Shown in pieces: positions 9,079-18,366 of a stretch of 51,078 bases of DNA (position 1 is its first letter; every line of letters begins with the position of its first letter). Both the position numbers and the translations under genes were made by a program. A model generated the notes under the pieces. It was not told where the DNA came from and did no database searches. It saw nothing but the letters and a program-made list of their open reading frames with translations. Source of the DNA: a virus (taxonomy: Duplodnaviria; Caudoviricetes); IMG/VR virus record IMGVR_UViG_3300036830_000098, positions 1-51,078 of that record; one strand, given 5' to 3'.

Positions 9079-9441
9079 TTAAGTCACGGCCCCGTCGTCG
9101 CCAGTACGCGAAACCTGCATATCCATGACAACACCAGTGCCGTCACTGTTATTGATATTGATGATGCGCAACCGCACCCAGCCGGCGCGTTGCGCCCGCC
9201 GCGATGTAGCGACGACAAGATTCTGCCATTGATCGATGGGGCGGGCTGAAGCATCCGGGTCGCCGCCGAATATTTTCAACTCCATCACTACTTGGACTTC
9301 AGGCGCTACCGGCGATGGCGTTATGAGGCTTTGCGCGACAGACTGAAACGTAAGCGCCGCGCGCGAAACGTTGACAGCGATGTTATCGCCTCTGTTGATC
9401 GGCAGCCAGCCGGTCGCGCCGCCGATAAAGTCAGCGTACAC
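9079..9441 (-). CDS. Hypothetical beta-rich virion protein
   Basis: 120 aa; stop abuts the next ATG; GWVRLR strand motif. Confidence 0.6.
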   Translation of the reverse strand: MYADFIGGATGWLPINRGDNIAVNVSRAALTFQSVAQSLITPSPVAPEVQVVMELKIFGGDPDASARPIDQWQNLVVATSRRAQRAGWVRLRIININNSDGTGVVMDMQVSRTGDDGAVT

Positions 9442-9504
9442 CGTATCGTATTGTGCGGATATCCGCGCTGCGGCGCCGCCCGGCCTATAGAAAATAGAAG
9501 CCTC

Positions 9505-9762
9505 CTACTTGCTGCCGCGATTGAAGGCCGTATTTCCTGAGAACCGCGTACCGCTGCCATCGCCGTCGCCGTGTTCGGATTTCGCCATGCGACGATTGCT
9601 CATGCCGATATCGGCCACGGCACCGGGGTATCGCTTCAAACCGCCTTCGGGTAGTCCGCCGCGCCCCGTGAATCTCGTCGTCGGCGGACCCATAGGGTTA
9701 GGCACGCAATCGTTACTGCCCGTGGGGTTAAAGCCGGTCTTTTGGCCCTTGAATTTGGTCAT
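9505..9762 (-). CDS. Small basic Gly-rich disordered protein
   Basis: MTKFKGQK start with GGGAAAGG SD-like sequence. Confidence 0.55.
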   Translation of the reverse strand: MTKFKGQKTGFNPTGSNDCVPNPMGPPTTRFTGRGGLPEGGLKRYPGAVADIGMSNRRMAKSEHGDGDGSGTRFSGNTAFNRGSK

Positions 9763-9826
9763 TTTCGCTTGCCTTTCCCGTGGTTGCCGCGAGACTAGCA
9801 CAACGGAACTGCCGCGGAAAGCCCCG

Positions 9827-10189
9827 CTATTTGCCGGATTTGCCGCCGTCTAGCTTTGTTTCCATGCGTTCAAGCCGACTGTCGAGCCGGGTAAACTGTG
9901 CCTTTATGTCTGCACTCAGCAGCTCCCAGGATTTGTAGAAGCTGTCCCGGCGTACGAACGTGTCCCGCGTAAAAAGTTCGACCTCCCGAACTTTCTCCCT
10001 GACAGCCGCCACGCTTTCGCCAAATGATCTCCCTAAATTATCTATGTCCGCCTCAAAGCGATCCCGGTTATTATCGATTTCTTCCCGAACGGCGTCGCGA
10101 ACGCGGCTGAGTCCCCATGTAAGGGCGATCACCGCAGCGACAACGTTGAAACAGAGAGATGATAAAGCGATCGATTCGGTAAACGTCAT
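9827..10189 (-). CDS. Single-TM coiled-coil lysis-region protein
   Basis: N-terminal hydrophobic helix plus coiled coil ending LERMETKLDGG. Confidence 0.65.
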   Translation of the reverse strand: MTFTESIALSSLCFNVVAAVIALTWGLSRVRDAVREEIDNNRDRFEADIDNLGRSFGESVAAVREKVREVELFTRDTFVRRDSFYKSWELLSADIKAQFTRLDSRLERMETKLDGGKSGK

Positions 10190-10536
10190 GGCTTAGGCGG
10201 CGCGGGCAGCGCGGGCGCGGGAGGGCCACCGTCGAGTTTTGCCTCGACGCGCTGCACCTGAGAGCTGATGTAGACGATGGCCGTTTCGACGCGGCTCAGT
10301 CTTTGGTCAGCCAGGGTCTGCGCATCGCGGGTCTTGGCGAGCGATTGATACACGGTCTGGAACCGAGTATCGGAGCCTTTTGCGACCTCTTCAGTCCTTG
10401 ATGAAACCTGGTCGAGCTTGTCGGAAAGGCCGCGGTAATTCGACGACGCGATCCAGATATTCGTGGCGATAATTCCAACCGTGCTGATGACTGCGACAAC
10501 GGCAGCTGGCCCTATCGTACTGTCAAATTTCAGCAT
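10186..10536 (-). CDS. Single-TM coiled-coil lysis-region protein
   Basis: N-terminal TM, coiled coil ending VQRVEAKLDGG, Pro-rich tail. Confidence 0.65.
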   Translation of the reverse strand: MLKFDSTIGPAAVVAVISTVGIIATNIWIASSNYRGLSDKLDQVSSRTEEVAKGSDTRFQTVYQSLAKTRDAQTLADQRLSRVETAIVYISSQVQRVEAKLDGGPPAPALPAPPKP

Positions 10537-11204
10537 TCTTTCGTCCTTTTGCCGGGAGCGCTGCGATAGAGCTGCATATGATGGTAACGCGCCGCGCCGT
10601 TGTCGCCCAACGCTGGTGCCTGATAGAGATGGATCAACGGCGTCGGACGCCTAAAAGGTAACCTTGGGGGGCTTGGAATTGGCGAATCTGTCACGAGATC
10701 GTGACCGCCCTCATCCTCGTTACAGTAGCTCGATTGCCACGGGATCGGATTCAGCAGATCGCAAAAAGAAGCAAAACCGGGGTACGGTTCACCAAAGACA
10801 ACGCGCCCGGTCGGCACGTCTCCGTCGAGGATCGCCAACCCGCAGAACACATCCGCACGCGCGGCCCCTAGTGAATGGCCGCCAACCCAAAGCTGCTTTT
10901 CTGGCCGGCGCAACGATTTTGCCTTAACCCACACAGCTCCCATGAAGAGGAGAAAACCATTGTGAACTTGCCCGAGGCGCGCATCGACTGAAGGCGCTAC
11001 GATAAAATCGAGGTCAACTAACCATTCGGCAGGGTCATAAGTGCCTCGGAAAATGAAAACGTCAGCGTCGTCGAAATACTTCACGCCGAAGCGGACACCA
11101 GTAAAGCCGCTCGCTTCGGACAGGTAATCCCAGGCGATTGGGGCTTCACCCGGATAGGCGTAAATGCCGCAGCAAAGGTCTGCAATGTCTTGGTCAGTCG
11201 GCAT
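10530..11204 (-). CDS. Class 3 lipase (alpha/beta hydrolase)
   Basis: FRGT, VHNGF, nucleophile elbow GHSLG, DLV, C-terminal HHM catalytic His. Confidence 0.85.
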   Translation of the reverse strand: MPTDQDIADLCCGIYAYPGEAPIAWDYLSEASGFTGVRFGVKYFDDADVFIFRGTYDPAEWLVDLDFIVAPSVDARLGQVHNGFLLFMGAVWVKAKSLRRPEKQLWVGGHSLGAARADVFCGLAILDGDVPTGRVVFGEPYPGFASFCDLLNPIPWQSSYCNEDEGGHDLVTDSPIPSPPRLPFRRPTPLIHLYQAPALGDNGAARYHHMQLYRSAPGKRTKEC

Positions 11205-11219
11205 TGCGGACTTTGCAAG

Positions 11220-12104
11220 TTAGAATTTGTAGTCCAGCCCAACCTTCACGACGTTGATAGACGGGCAACTCTGGCCCGTTGCACAGTTCGATGCCCCGGA
11301 CGGAAACTGATAGTTCTCGTAGCGTGCGTCAACGAACCAATGCTGCTGATCGATTGCGAACGTCACGCCTGCGCCGCCGACCATTCCAGTCGTACCCCAA
11401 CCGCTTTGCGCGGCGCCAAAGAAAATGTAAGGCGCAATCGTGTTCGCGGTCAGGATCGACGAAAGGCCTGTGGTGTTTGCCGGCGCAGGCGCCGATCCGA
11501 AGAATGTCGAGAACGGCGTACCGAGCTTGATGATCTCTTCCGCCAGATAGTGCGGGCTGGACTGCCCCGCGACCGGGCCGGAAGTACCGCCGTAGGTGTA
11601 GTCGATTGCAACCTCGGGACCGAAGAAGAAAGTACCGTTCCAGAACTGGTAGCCGCCTTGGACACCGATATTCTGGCCGCCAGCCGCGACCGAACCGTTG
11701 ATGCCGCCCGCCAGTACGTTCACATTGGTCGAAATGCCAGCAATATTGAAGCCGCCGTACCAGCCTGTGCAGGCGATCGGCGTGCATGGCGTAAAGGCCG
11801 CGAGCGCCAGTTTAGGCACAGGCTTGGCCGCATCGGCGGCGCGGGCCGAATACGGGCTCAAGATCAGCAGGGCGAAAACGACGGCGCCGGCCGCGCCGAA
11901 TTTCGACGATGACGGGCCGCCGGTATCGACGGGCTTTGACGGAGCCTTATTCGGCACCGCGTAGACCAATATGGTTCCGAGGACGCTGGCAAGCGCGGCC
12001 ATGTTCTCGGGCGACACGTCAAATGAAAATCCGTACTTCTGATTGAGCCAAAGAAGAATGCCGGGGAGCAGCGCCGCAATGGCTTTGTCGAGAACGGTCA
12101 GCAT
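11220..12104 (-). CDS. Holin-like two-TM domain fused to an Omp25/RopB-type outer-membrane beta-barrel
   Basis: Strong SD AGGAGAGG before ATG 12104; two TMs ending YAVPNK; internal signal-like segment ...LSPYSARA/AD; barrel TGWYGG, GVQGGYQF, GGAGVTF; terminal Phe beta-signal KVGLDYKF. Confidence 0.7.
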   Translation of the reverse strand: MLTVLDKAIAALLPGILLWLNQKYGFSFDVSPENMAALASVLGTILVYAVPNKAPSKPVDTGGPSSSKFGAAGAVVFALLILSPYSARAADAAKPVPKLALAAFTPCTPIACTGWYGGFNIAGISTNVNVLAGGINGSVAAGGQNIGVQGGYQFWNGTFFFGPEVAIDYTYGGTSGPVAGQSSPHYLAEEIIKLGTPFSTFFGSAPAPANTTGLSSILTANTIAPYIFFGAAQSGWGTTGMVGGAGVTFAIDQQHWFVDARYENYQFPSGASNCATGQSCPSINVVKVGLDYKF

Positions 12105-12114
12105 GTTGCCTCTC

Positions 12115-12588
12115 CTACCTGGATACAAATTCAAAGTGCATGGGATCGGTGCGACCTTGGTAGTCGCCGCCCCATAGCGCACCCTGCTTTTTGAAAGCAT
12201 CGACAACCATGTTGTCGATCGTGCCGTGCCCGGTGTTGAATCCGTTGGTGGTTGGCGAAATATCGACCGCGCAGGCCCACGAATGATTAGACCAGTTGTT
12301 GCTGCCGGCGATGTTGCGGATATTGAAACAGCCGCCCCAGTCGCTCGCGCCAGTTTGATCGACGGCTGCCTGATCCTGACCGCATTGCGCCCAAATGTCG
12401 GCAAACACGGCGGTCAACGGCGGTACGATCAACTTATGAACGAGAATGCCGTGCGTCATTGGCTGCTTGTCATAGTACATGACGAACGGCGCGTTCATGT
12501 GCACGAGATTCAAATCCTGCCAGCCCGGCGAGTGAAAATCGCCGTAAAAGGCGTTTTTCGATATAGTGTCGTCGTGCGGCCAGTTCAT
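12115..12588 (-). CDS. Endolysin, peptidase M15 family
   Basis: R.IAG...WSNHSWACAVDI (SxHxxxxAxD), WGG, DPMHFE. Confidence 0.88.
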   Translation of the reverse strand: MNWPHDDTISKNAFYGDFHSPGWQDLNLVHMNAPFVMYYDKQPMTHGILVHKLIVPPLTAVFADIWAQCGQDQAAVDQTGASDWGGCFNIRNIAGSNNWSNHSWACAVDISPTTNGFNTGHGTIDNMVVDAFKKQGALWGGDYQGRTDPMHFEFVSR

Positions 12589-12594
12589 AGCGGG

Positions 12595-12624
12595 AATGTA
12601 CTACGAAGGGTTTCAGTATGTCAA
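12595..12624 (-). promoter_or_regulatory. Sigma70-type promoter, probably giving a leaderless endolysin mRNA
   Basis: TTGACA-N18-TACATT-N6-ATG with no SD. Confidence 0.5.
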
Positions 12625-12717
12625 TTAGCTACGATCTGCTGTTTTTCTGTAAAACGACAGCCAAATCACGGCGATCATTGATGGCGCCAAAATCCAGAAG
12701 ATAAAGGGAGGAATCAT
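12625..12717 (-). CDS. 30-aa single-TM peptide
   Basis: GGAG SD; MIPPFIFWILAPSMIAVIWLSFYRKTADRS. Confidence 0.5.
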   Translation of the reverse strand: MIPPFIFWILAPSMIAVIWLSFYRKTADRS

Positions 12718-12771
12718 TTTTGCGCTCCAAGTGACAGAGGTCGAAAGTGTAGTACGGCTAGGCTTTAACGT

Positions 12772-15700
12772 CTATCCCGCCTCCTTCAAGAACGCCGGGC
12801 TGTTGTCGTTTGATGCTGGGTCGAGATCGCGTTTAAGCAGGTAGTTGGTCTGGATGTAGCAGTAGCCGTTGCCGCCCGTGCCGATATAGACGCGCCCCGG
12901 CACTACTTGGTCACCATCCATGCTTACGACGCCTTCAATTGTCCCGCACTGATAGGTCGAAATCTTCGCCCACGTCGAGGCATTATCGTCAGATTCCCAA
13001 ATTCCATAAACACCATTATACCAAGCACTGACGTAGATCGACGGCCACGACTTGCCTGATTTGATCGCCCCAAATCCGAAATACCCTGGCTCCTTCATAT
13101 TAGCGACCGCCGCCCATGTTGCTCCGCCATCTTGTGAGTACTCGAATGTTTCTGCGGCCGGATGTGTCGAGTATGAATTGCCCTGCGGTCCCATGCTTGC
13201 GTAAAGATAACCGGAGTGCCCCGGCATCGCCTTAAGCGTCTGGTTTGCGCCGCCGCCACCGAAGATCGTTGATGATTGCAGGACCGGAGTGCTGCAATTG
13301 GTCATCTTGTAGGTGCCGAATAGCGAATTGTAGAAATAAAATGTGTTTGGCGTAACGCGATCTGCCGCAACTATGTTTGCATCGAGATAGTAAGCAAATG
13401 GAAAACCAGAACCGGGCGGCACGATTTGACCAAAGCCTGTTGCTGGGGATGACCCTGGGTCTGAGGCATTTACCGTAATAGTCGTGCCGTGGCCAACGTT
13501 CGTTGCGGTGAATGTCCCGTTGTAGCCGGATGGAGAAAAACCATAGACGGTGAACGTCTTGTTGTTCGTCGCGTTGAATATGTATGGATCAATGTCTGTC
13601 GTGAAGGTAATTACCCCTCCGCTGTAGCTCGCCGCCGTGATCTTCGCAGGCGTTGGAACGCCGGGAAACTTCGGCATATTCCAAGTTTGACCACCGTCAA
13701 GCGTGCAATAGGCGTAGTCGTTATTAGCTATGACCACAGCCATGTTAGTTGGTGACGCCGCGGCGATTGCCCCACCGCGCTGATCGAACCATTGCACATA
13801 GCCGCCGCCTGTATAAGCATTCGTGAAAGCGGAGTCAGTGAGCTCGAAGGTCTGATTTGTATTGTTCTGGTTTGCTTCAATCCAGCAGCCGTTTGCCTCC
13901 GTCGTTCCCGTCACGCCATAGATGCAAATCTTATCGCCATTGCCGAGGCGGTTTACAGCAACGGGAACGGTGACTTGAATTTTCCCGCTTCCGTTATTTT
14001 GGACGTTGGTGATGCCAAGCTGACCTGCAAGCGATGTTCCCGGCTGCGTTGTCGCGGCAACGAGATAGTTTCCGATTTGATTGACAACGTTAGCGTAGAT
14101 AGAATGATTAAGCGTGAAGTGTGTCGCGTCATCCACAGTGACCGTGTAGTAGCCCGTCACGCCATTATTCGGGGCGTCGTTATAACCAAAGACTTGAACC
14201 ATGCTACCCGCACCCGCCGACCAAGTGGTGAGCGCCGCCGTTGATGGAACTAGGAATTGTATCTTGCCTCCATTATTCAGGACGTGTGTATTATCGTTAG
14301 TCAGTGTCTGGCTGTAAGTTCCGAACAGTGTCCATGTTGCTCCACCATCGTTCGAATAGCCGCTTTGGTTGCCGCCAAGAATAAAATAACTAATATATCC
14401 CGCGATGAAATTTGGATCGCTCGTCGCCCAATCCAGACCAAAACCGACTTCTAGCGAACTTGTATTAAGTGTCGTTGTATTTTGCTGCGTCGGATAAGTG
14501 CTTGGGTTAGCCGTAAGTTTATAGATCGATCGATCCTGCACGCCAACAATGGGCGAGCCGTTAGGTGAAATGACGGTCCAAGAATCCAGCGTCTCCGTCC
14601 CGGCAAGCCTGCTATTCCAGACAAAGCTTACAGCCGTGCTAGGCGGATTTGTGTACCAAGGGCCGATGCCTTCGCCAAACCACAGGCCGTTACTGTCCGA
14701 TTTATCAAACTGAATGTCACCAGCCGACATGGCATATTCGTTCGTCCATGCAGCCCAAGGTACATCGGTTGCCGAGCGCGTGAAATTAAGCGAGCCAGTC
14801 CAGGTTGATCCAGTATTAGACGAAACGTTCAAGTGCCCGAAACCTGATACGGTCACAATATGCGTCGCGTCATTCGGATCGACAGCAACGGAATGTAGAC
14901 CGCTTGCTCCCGCCGCAGTTACGTTCGTCCACGATCCAGAAGAATATTTCCAAAGGCTACCGCTCGAATTGGAAACTGTCGTACCGCCGTCGATGGCCCA
15001 TACGTTGCCGCCGCTCGCTGCCACGACCATATGCTGCATCGACGTAGGACCGCCAGGGATTTCCGCCCAGGTCGATCCAGCGTTTGTTGTTTGGTAAGTC
15101 GTACCATCGTAAGCCGTGCCGCCAGAAACATAGCTGCCTGGGTTGCTCGCAAGATTGACGACGACGCTTGTGCCACTCGTCCCAGCCTGTGCAATGTAGA
15201 TGCCGTTATAACTGGAAGGGCTAACGCCTTGGATACTAATGCGGCTACCTACTGCGAAATCAGAGCGGAGATTGGGGATCGTAAAAGTCGCTTGGTTCGT
15301 CGCCCAACTTGCGGCGCTGACGGCAACGACATGGTTCGTGAAAACATATGCCGTGTTTGTCGCGCCACCCGTGGTGCCTGAAGATGGGTCAAAGGCAATG
15401 TTGTAATTCGGATAGTTAGACCCTCCAACGCTATCGGCAGTCGCCATAGGAATTGCTGAAATCAAAGTCGAAGTATTGAAACCATCGGTCGTTGACCAAA
15501 GACCGTTTCGCTCCGTGCCTGCAATGACGATGTTAGCGTTGTTCGGATCAACAGCCATCTTGCGGCCGTTCATGCGATAAGTACCGTTGGGCGTCATAGC
15601 GGCGCCGACTTGCATCGCTTCGCCGCCTACGGTCTGCGATATGTTGACTGTGTAAGTTCCAGTGCCTCCAGTACCAGCCGTGGTTATTTCGGTGCCCGGT

Positions 15701-16218
15701 AAGATGCCGGCTCCAGTAACAAAACTATATTGCGTGATGTTGCCGGTGATCGCCGTAACGGTAAGTGTCGTGCCAGAGATCGATCCGGTGGTCTGCGCGC
15801 CACCAAAGTTAGTGCGCACCCACGACGCCCCACGATCAGTCGAAAGAAACACACCGCCTAGATATTGAACATAAATCGTGGACGATAGGCTTGGCGCGCT
15901 GGTGATCTCTTCGCAGGGACCCCCAAAGAGAAAAACCTGGTTGTTTCCGGTTCCGACAACGCCGGCCCAATTCACAGGAAGCGTTGTGGCCGTCAAGAGC
16001 CCGCTGAAAGTCTGAGTTCCTTTATTGTAAATGTACGGAGTTGAACTATCCTGCCGCGCGATGATGGTATTGCCATCAGGCGAAACGTCAAGCCCAACAG
16101 CCCACCCGCCACCGCCGATCTTGAGAGTAAATTCGCCCGCTGGATTAACCGGGCCCCCTGTTCCGTGTATCCAGCCAGCGGCAACAACGGCGATAGCTAC
16201 GAGTAAAAGGCGCTTCAC
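12772..16218 (-). CDS. Large GH74/BNR-repeat beta-propeller protein (putative receptor-binding protein or depolymerase) with signal peptide
   Basis: IGGGGW, ARQD, MAVDPNN, several S.DGG.TW Asp-boxes, GVQDR, RVYIGTGGNG; inserted Thr-rich beta repeats; N-terminus MKRLLLVAIAVVAAG. Confidence 0.75.
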   Translation of the reverse strand: MKRLLLVAIAVVAAGWIHGTGGPVNPAGEFTLKIGGGGWAVGLDVSPDGNTIIARQDSSTPYIYNKGTQTFSGLLTATTLPVNWAGVVGTGNNQVFLFGGPCEEITSAPSLSSTIYVQYLGGVFLSTDRGASWVRTNFGGAQTTGSISGTTLTVTAITGNITQYSFVTGAGILPGTEITTAGTGGTGTYTVNISQTVGGEAMQVGAAMTPNGTYRMNGRKMAVDPNNANIVIAGTERNGLWSTTDGFNTSTLISAIPMATADSVGGSNYPNYNIAFDPSSGTTGGATNTAYVFTNHVVAVSAASWATNQATFTIPNLRSDFAVGSRISIQGVSPSSYNGIYIAQAGTSGTSVVVNLASNPGSYVSGGTAYDGTTYQTTNAGSTWAEIPGGPTSMQHMVVAASGGNVWAIDGGTTVSNSSGSLWKYSSGSWTNVTAAGASGLHSVAVDPNDATHIVTVSGFGHLNVSSNTGSTWTGSLNFTRSATDVPWAAWTNEYAMSAGDIQFDKSDSNGLWFGEGIGPWYTNPPSTAVSFVWNSRLAGTETLDSWTVISPNGSPIVGVQDRSIYKLTANPSTYPTQQNTTTLNTSSLEVGFGLDWATSDPNFIAGYISYFILGGNQSGYSNDGGATWTLFGTYSQTLTNDNTHVLNNGGKIQFLVPSTAALTTWSAGAGSMVQVFGYNDAPNNGVTGYYTVTVDDATHFTLNHSIYANVVNQIGNYLVAATTQPGTSLAGQLGITNVQNNGSGKIQVTVPVAVNRLGNGDKICIYGVTGTTEANGCWIEANQNNTNQTFELTDSAFTNAYTGGGYVQWFDQRGGAIAAASPTNMAVVIANNDYAYCTLDGGQTWNMPKFPGVPTPAKITAASYSGGVITFTTDIDPYIFNATNNKTFTVYGFSPSGYNGTFTATNVGHGTTITVNASDPGSSPATGFGQIVPPGSGFPFAYYLDANIVAADRVTPNTFYFYNSLFGTYKMTNCSTPVLQSSTIFGGGGANQTLKAMPGHSGYLYASMGPQGNSYSTHPAAETFEYSQDGGATWAAVANMKEPGYFGFGAIKSGKSWPSIYVSAWYNGVYGIWESDDNASTWAKISTYQCGTIEGVVSMDGDQVVPGRVYIGTGGNGYCYIQTNYLLKRDLDPASNDNSPAFLKEAG

Positions 16219-17127
16219 TCAAAAGCCCCAATAAGTGTGCTGATTGGAGTTCAACGCAGAAAAGTTTGCTGAAATATCACTCGACCAAAAACCTCCTTCT
16301 TCGAATTTTCCATCAAGGCCGAGCGCGCCGCCACTGCTCAAGCCAATATTTATTGTCGTGCCAAAGCCAGTAGACCCTGCGCTTACTGCGTGGTTAGTGC
16401 CATCAATATAAAAAGCACTAGAGGCTCCATTCGCTAGTGCTCCTTCTGCATGCCAAGTACTATCGGCCGCCGACACGTTAGCGTGAGCGCCAAAATAGGC
16501 GCCAAGCTGATTAGCAGAGTTACCAAATTCAGGACCGCCCCCGGACGACACAAGGATTTCATTATATGATGTGACTGTTCCGGTTCTCACAGCAACAATT
16601 GAAAAACTAAAAGGTTGAGAAAACGTAGGTACTGACGACGTTTTCTTAAGCACCATTGAACTAGCGGCAACGAATACGGCACATACTTTACTTCCCAGGC
16701 AACTAAATGAAATCGTCGGACGACTGAGAATCGTGGCTTGCGTCACATCACACGCAGTAGAACCGGTGCAGGCCAGTGCGCCAGATTGGTCATAAAGTGT
16801 TTTGATTGTGCAAGTACCACCAACGCCTCCGCAGTTAAGTGGAGACCCTTGCGCCGTCGCGGCATCAAAATCGCCATTAGAAAGTGAATTTATATCCGCA
16901 CAATTTGCATCAGCGGCATTGCAAATATTAGCAATTTTAGTTCCTACTTTAGCCGAGCTGTAGGCGCGCAGGCCATACCACATTGTAGCTGATACAATAT
17001 CGCCAGGGCCGCTATATGCGCTACTCGCGACGCTTTTGTTGTAGTTACTATCCCGCGATTGCCAGAACGCACTTGCAGGCGCGGCAGTGCAGAGCGCAGC
17101 AATGATCAGCCAACGAATATATTTCAC
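16219..17127 (-). CDS. Secreted concanavalin A/arabinofuranosidase-B-like lectin domain protein
   Basis: GTG start in a GTGA overlap; signal MKYIRWLIIAALCTAAPASA/FWQ; YGLRAY and TLYDQSG motifs; four close Cys pairs. Confidence 0.65.
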   Translation of the reverse strand: MKYIRWLIIAALCTAAPASAFWQSRDSNYNKSVASSAYSGPGDIVSATMWYGLRAYSSAKVGTKIANICNAADANCADINSLSNGDFDAATAQGSPLNCGGVGGTCTIKTLYDQSGALACTGSTACDVTQATILSRPTISFSCLGSKVCAVFVAASSMVLKKTSSVPTFSQPFSFSIVAVRTGTVTSYNEILVSSGGGPEFGNSANQLGAYFGAHANVSAADSTWHAEGALANGASSAFYIDGTNHAVSAGSTGFGTTINIGLSSGGALGLDGKFEEGGFWSSDISANFSALNSNQHTYWGF

Positions 17128-18344
17128 AGCGTAAAGCCCCAAGCCGTAACGGACACGACGCCGCCCGTTCCCGGTGCTGCGGAAATCACCGCAATGCCAG
17201 TGTTGACCGCACTGGCCGGGATGCAAGGTGTGAATATCTGCTCAGTCACGCCAAGTCCTGAAGCATTGGGCGCGGTCCATTGTGTGTAGTTCAACGTGCC
17301 CGTGATCGTGCCGGTTACGGTCGCGTTGCCTGTGGCCGCCGCCGTCGCATTTGCGCGGATCGAAAAACCGCAAATGTACGTCGTAACCGATGCGCCGGTA
17401 GCAAGTGTTGCCGTCGTAGCGCCCGTGGTTCCGGTGCCAGAAATCGTGATTGGCGTAGAACCAATGGGATAGCCCCCGCCCCCGATAAGCAAGCCGCCGC
17501 GCGGACCAACTTGCAACGGAACCGTTTGCCCAGTTGTCAGTGTCGGGGCGGTCGAATTGTAAATGCCGCCAATGACCTGCGTGTTCGTCGGCGCGGTGCC
17601 AGGAGTTGTTCCTGACATCAGTCCCCAAGTAGCGATGGTAGCGGGATCAACGGTGCCGATTTTATTTGTACCGGCAGGAATCGAACCGGCAATCCCGCCT
17701 GCGATATTTTTTAAGATCGCAATAGCCGTGCCACTGCCGCTCGACCAAGCCGCGTCCGAAGTCGTACCGAGTGCAACGTCCGCGCCGTCTGCTATTGTGA
17801 CTGCGCCACCTGAGCCTCCCCCGCCGCCGCCCCATCCTGTCGGCAGCCCGGAACCACCCGAGGCAATGACCACGTTCGACGCCGAGCCGGACTGGTCGAT
17901 GCAGGCGAAGTGATCGTAAGTCGTCGCGCCATAGACTGTCGCAAGCGGCAGACCGCTCGACGCGGGTATTTGCAGTTCACCAGTCGTGCCCGTCGCCGCG
18001 CCCGAAGCAAGCGTACAACTAACCGTGGTCGTGCCGGCGTTGAAGAGAATGACCGAGCCAGTGTTGGTCGGGATTGCTGTAGATGCGCACGCCGAGTTTG
18101 TCGCCGTGCAGGTTGCGTAGGCCAGGCTTGGGGCAAAGCCGCTTACCGTCGCGGTAACCGCCGCGGTCGTGCAAACATTTCCGTTTACATCCTGCACAAC
18201 CGGCTGGCGCTGGCCCTTTGTATAAGTGTAAGGCGCTGTGCCGCACGACTGGACAACGATGGCCAGCGCCGTCTGCTGCGCAACAGCAACGTGCGGCGCG
18301 AGTGCAAAGATCAAAAACAGGAATGCAGATAGCGTCTTTTTCAT
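17124..18344 (-). CDS. Secreted Thr/Gly/Ser-rich structural-like protein
   Basis: Signal MKKTLSAFLFLIFALAPHVAVA/QQT; poly-Gly linker; IADGADVALG and YNSTAPTLTTGQ motifs. Confidence 0.65.
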   Translation of the reverse strand: MKKTLSAFLFLIFALAPHVAVAQQTALAIVVQSCGTAPYTYTKGQRQPVVQDVNGNVCTTAAVTATVSGFAPSLAYATCTATNSACASTAIPTNTGSVILFNAGTTTVSCTLASGAATGTTGELQIPASSGLPLATVYGATTYDHFACIDQSGSASNVVIASGGSGLPTGWGGGGGGSGGAVTIADGADVALGTTSDAAWSSGSGTAIAILKNIAGGIAGSIPAGTNKIGTVDPATIATWGLMSGTTPGTAPTNTQVIGGIYNSTAPTLTTGQTVPLQVGPRGGLLIGGGGYPIGSTPITISGTGTTGATTATLATGASVTTYICGFSIRANATAAATGNATVTGTITGTLNYTQWTAPNASGLGVTEQIFTPCIPASAVNTGIAVISAAPGTGGVVSVTAWGFTL

Positions 18345-18366
18345 CGTGTCAGCTCCGTTGTGCCGC

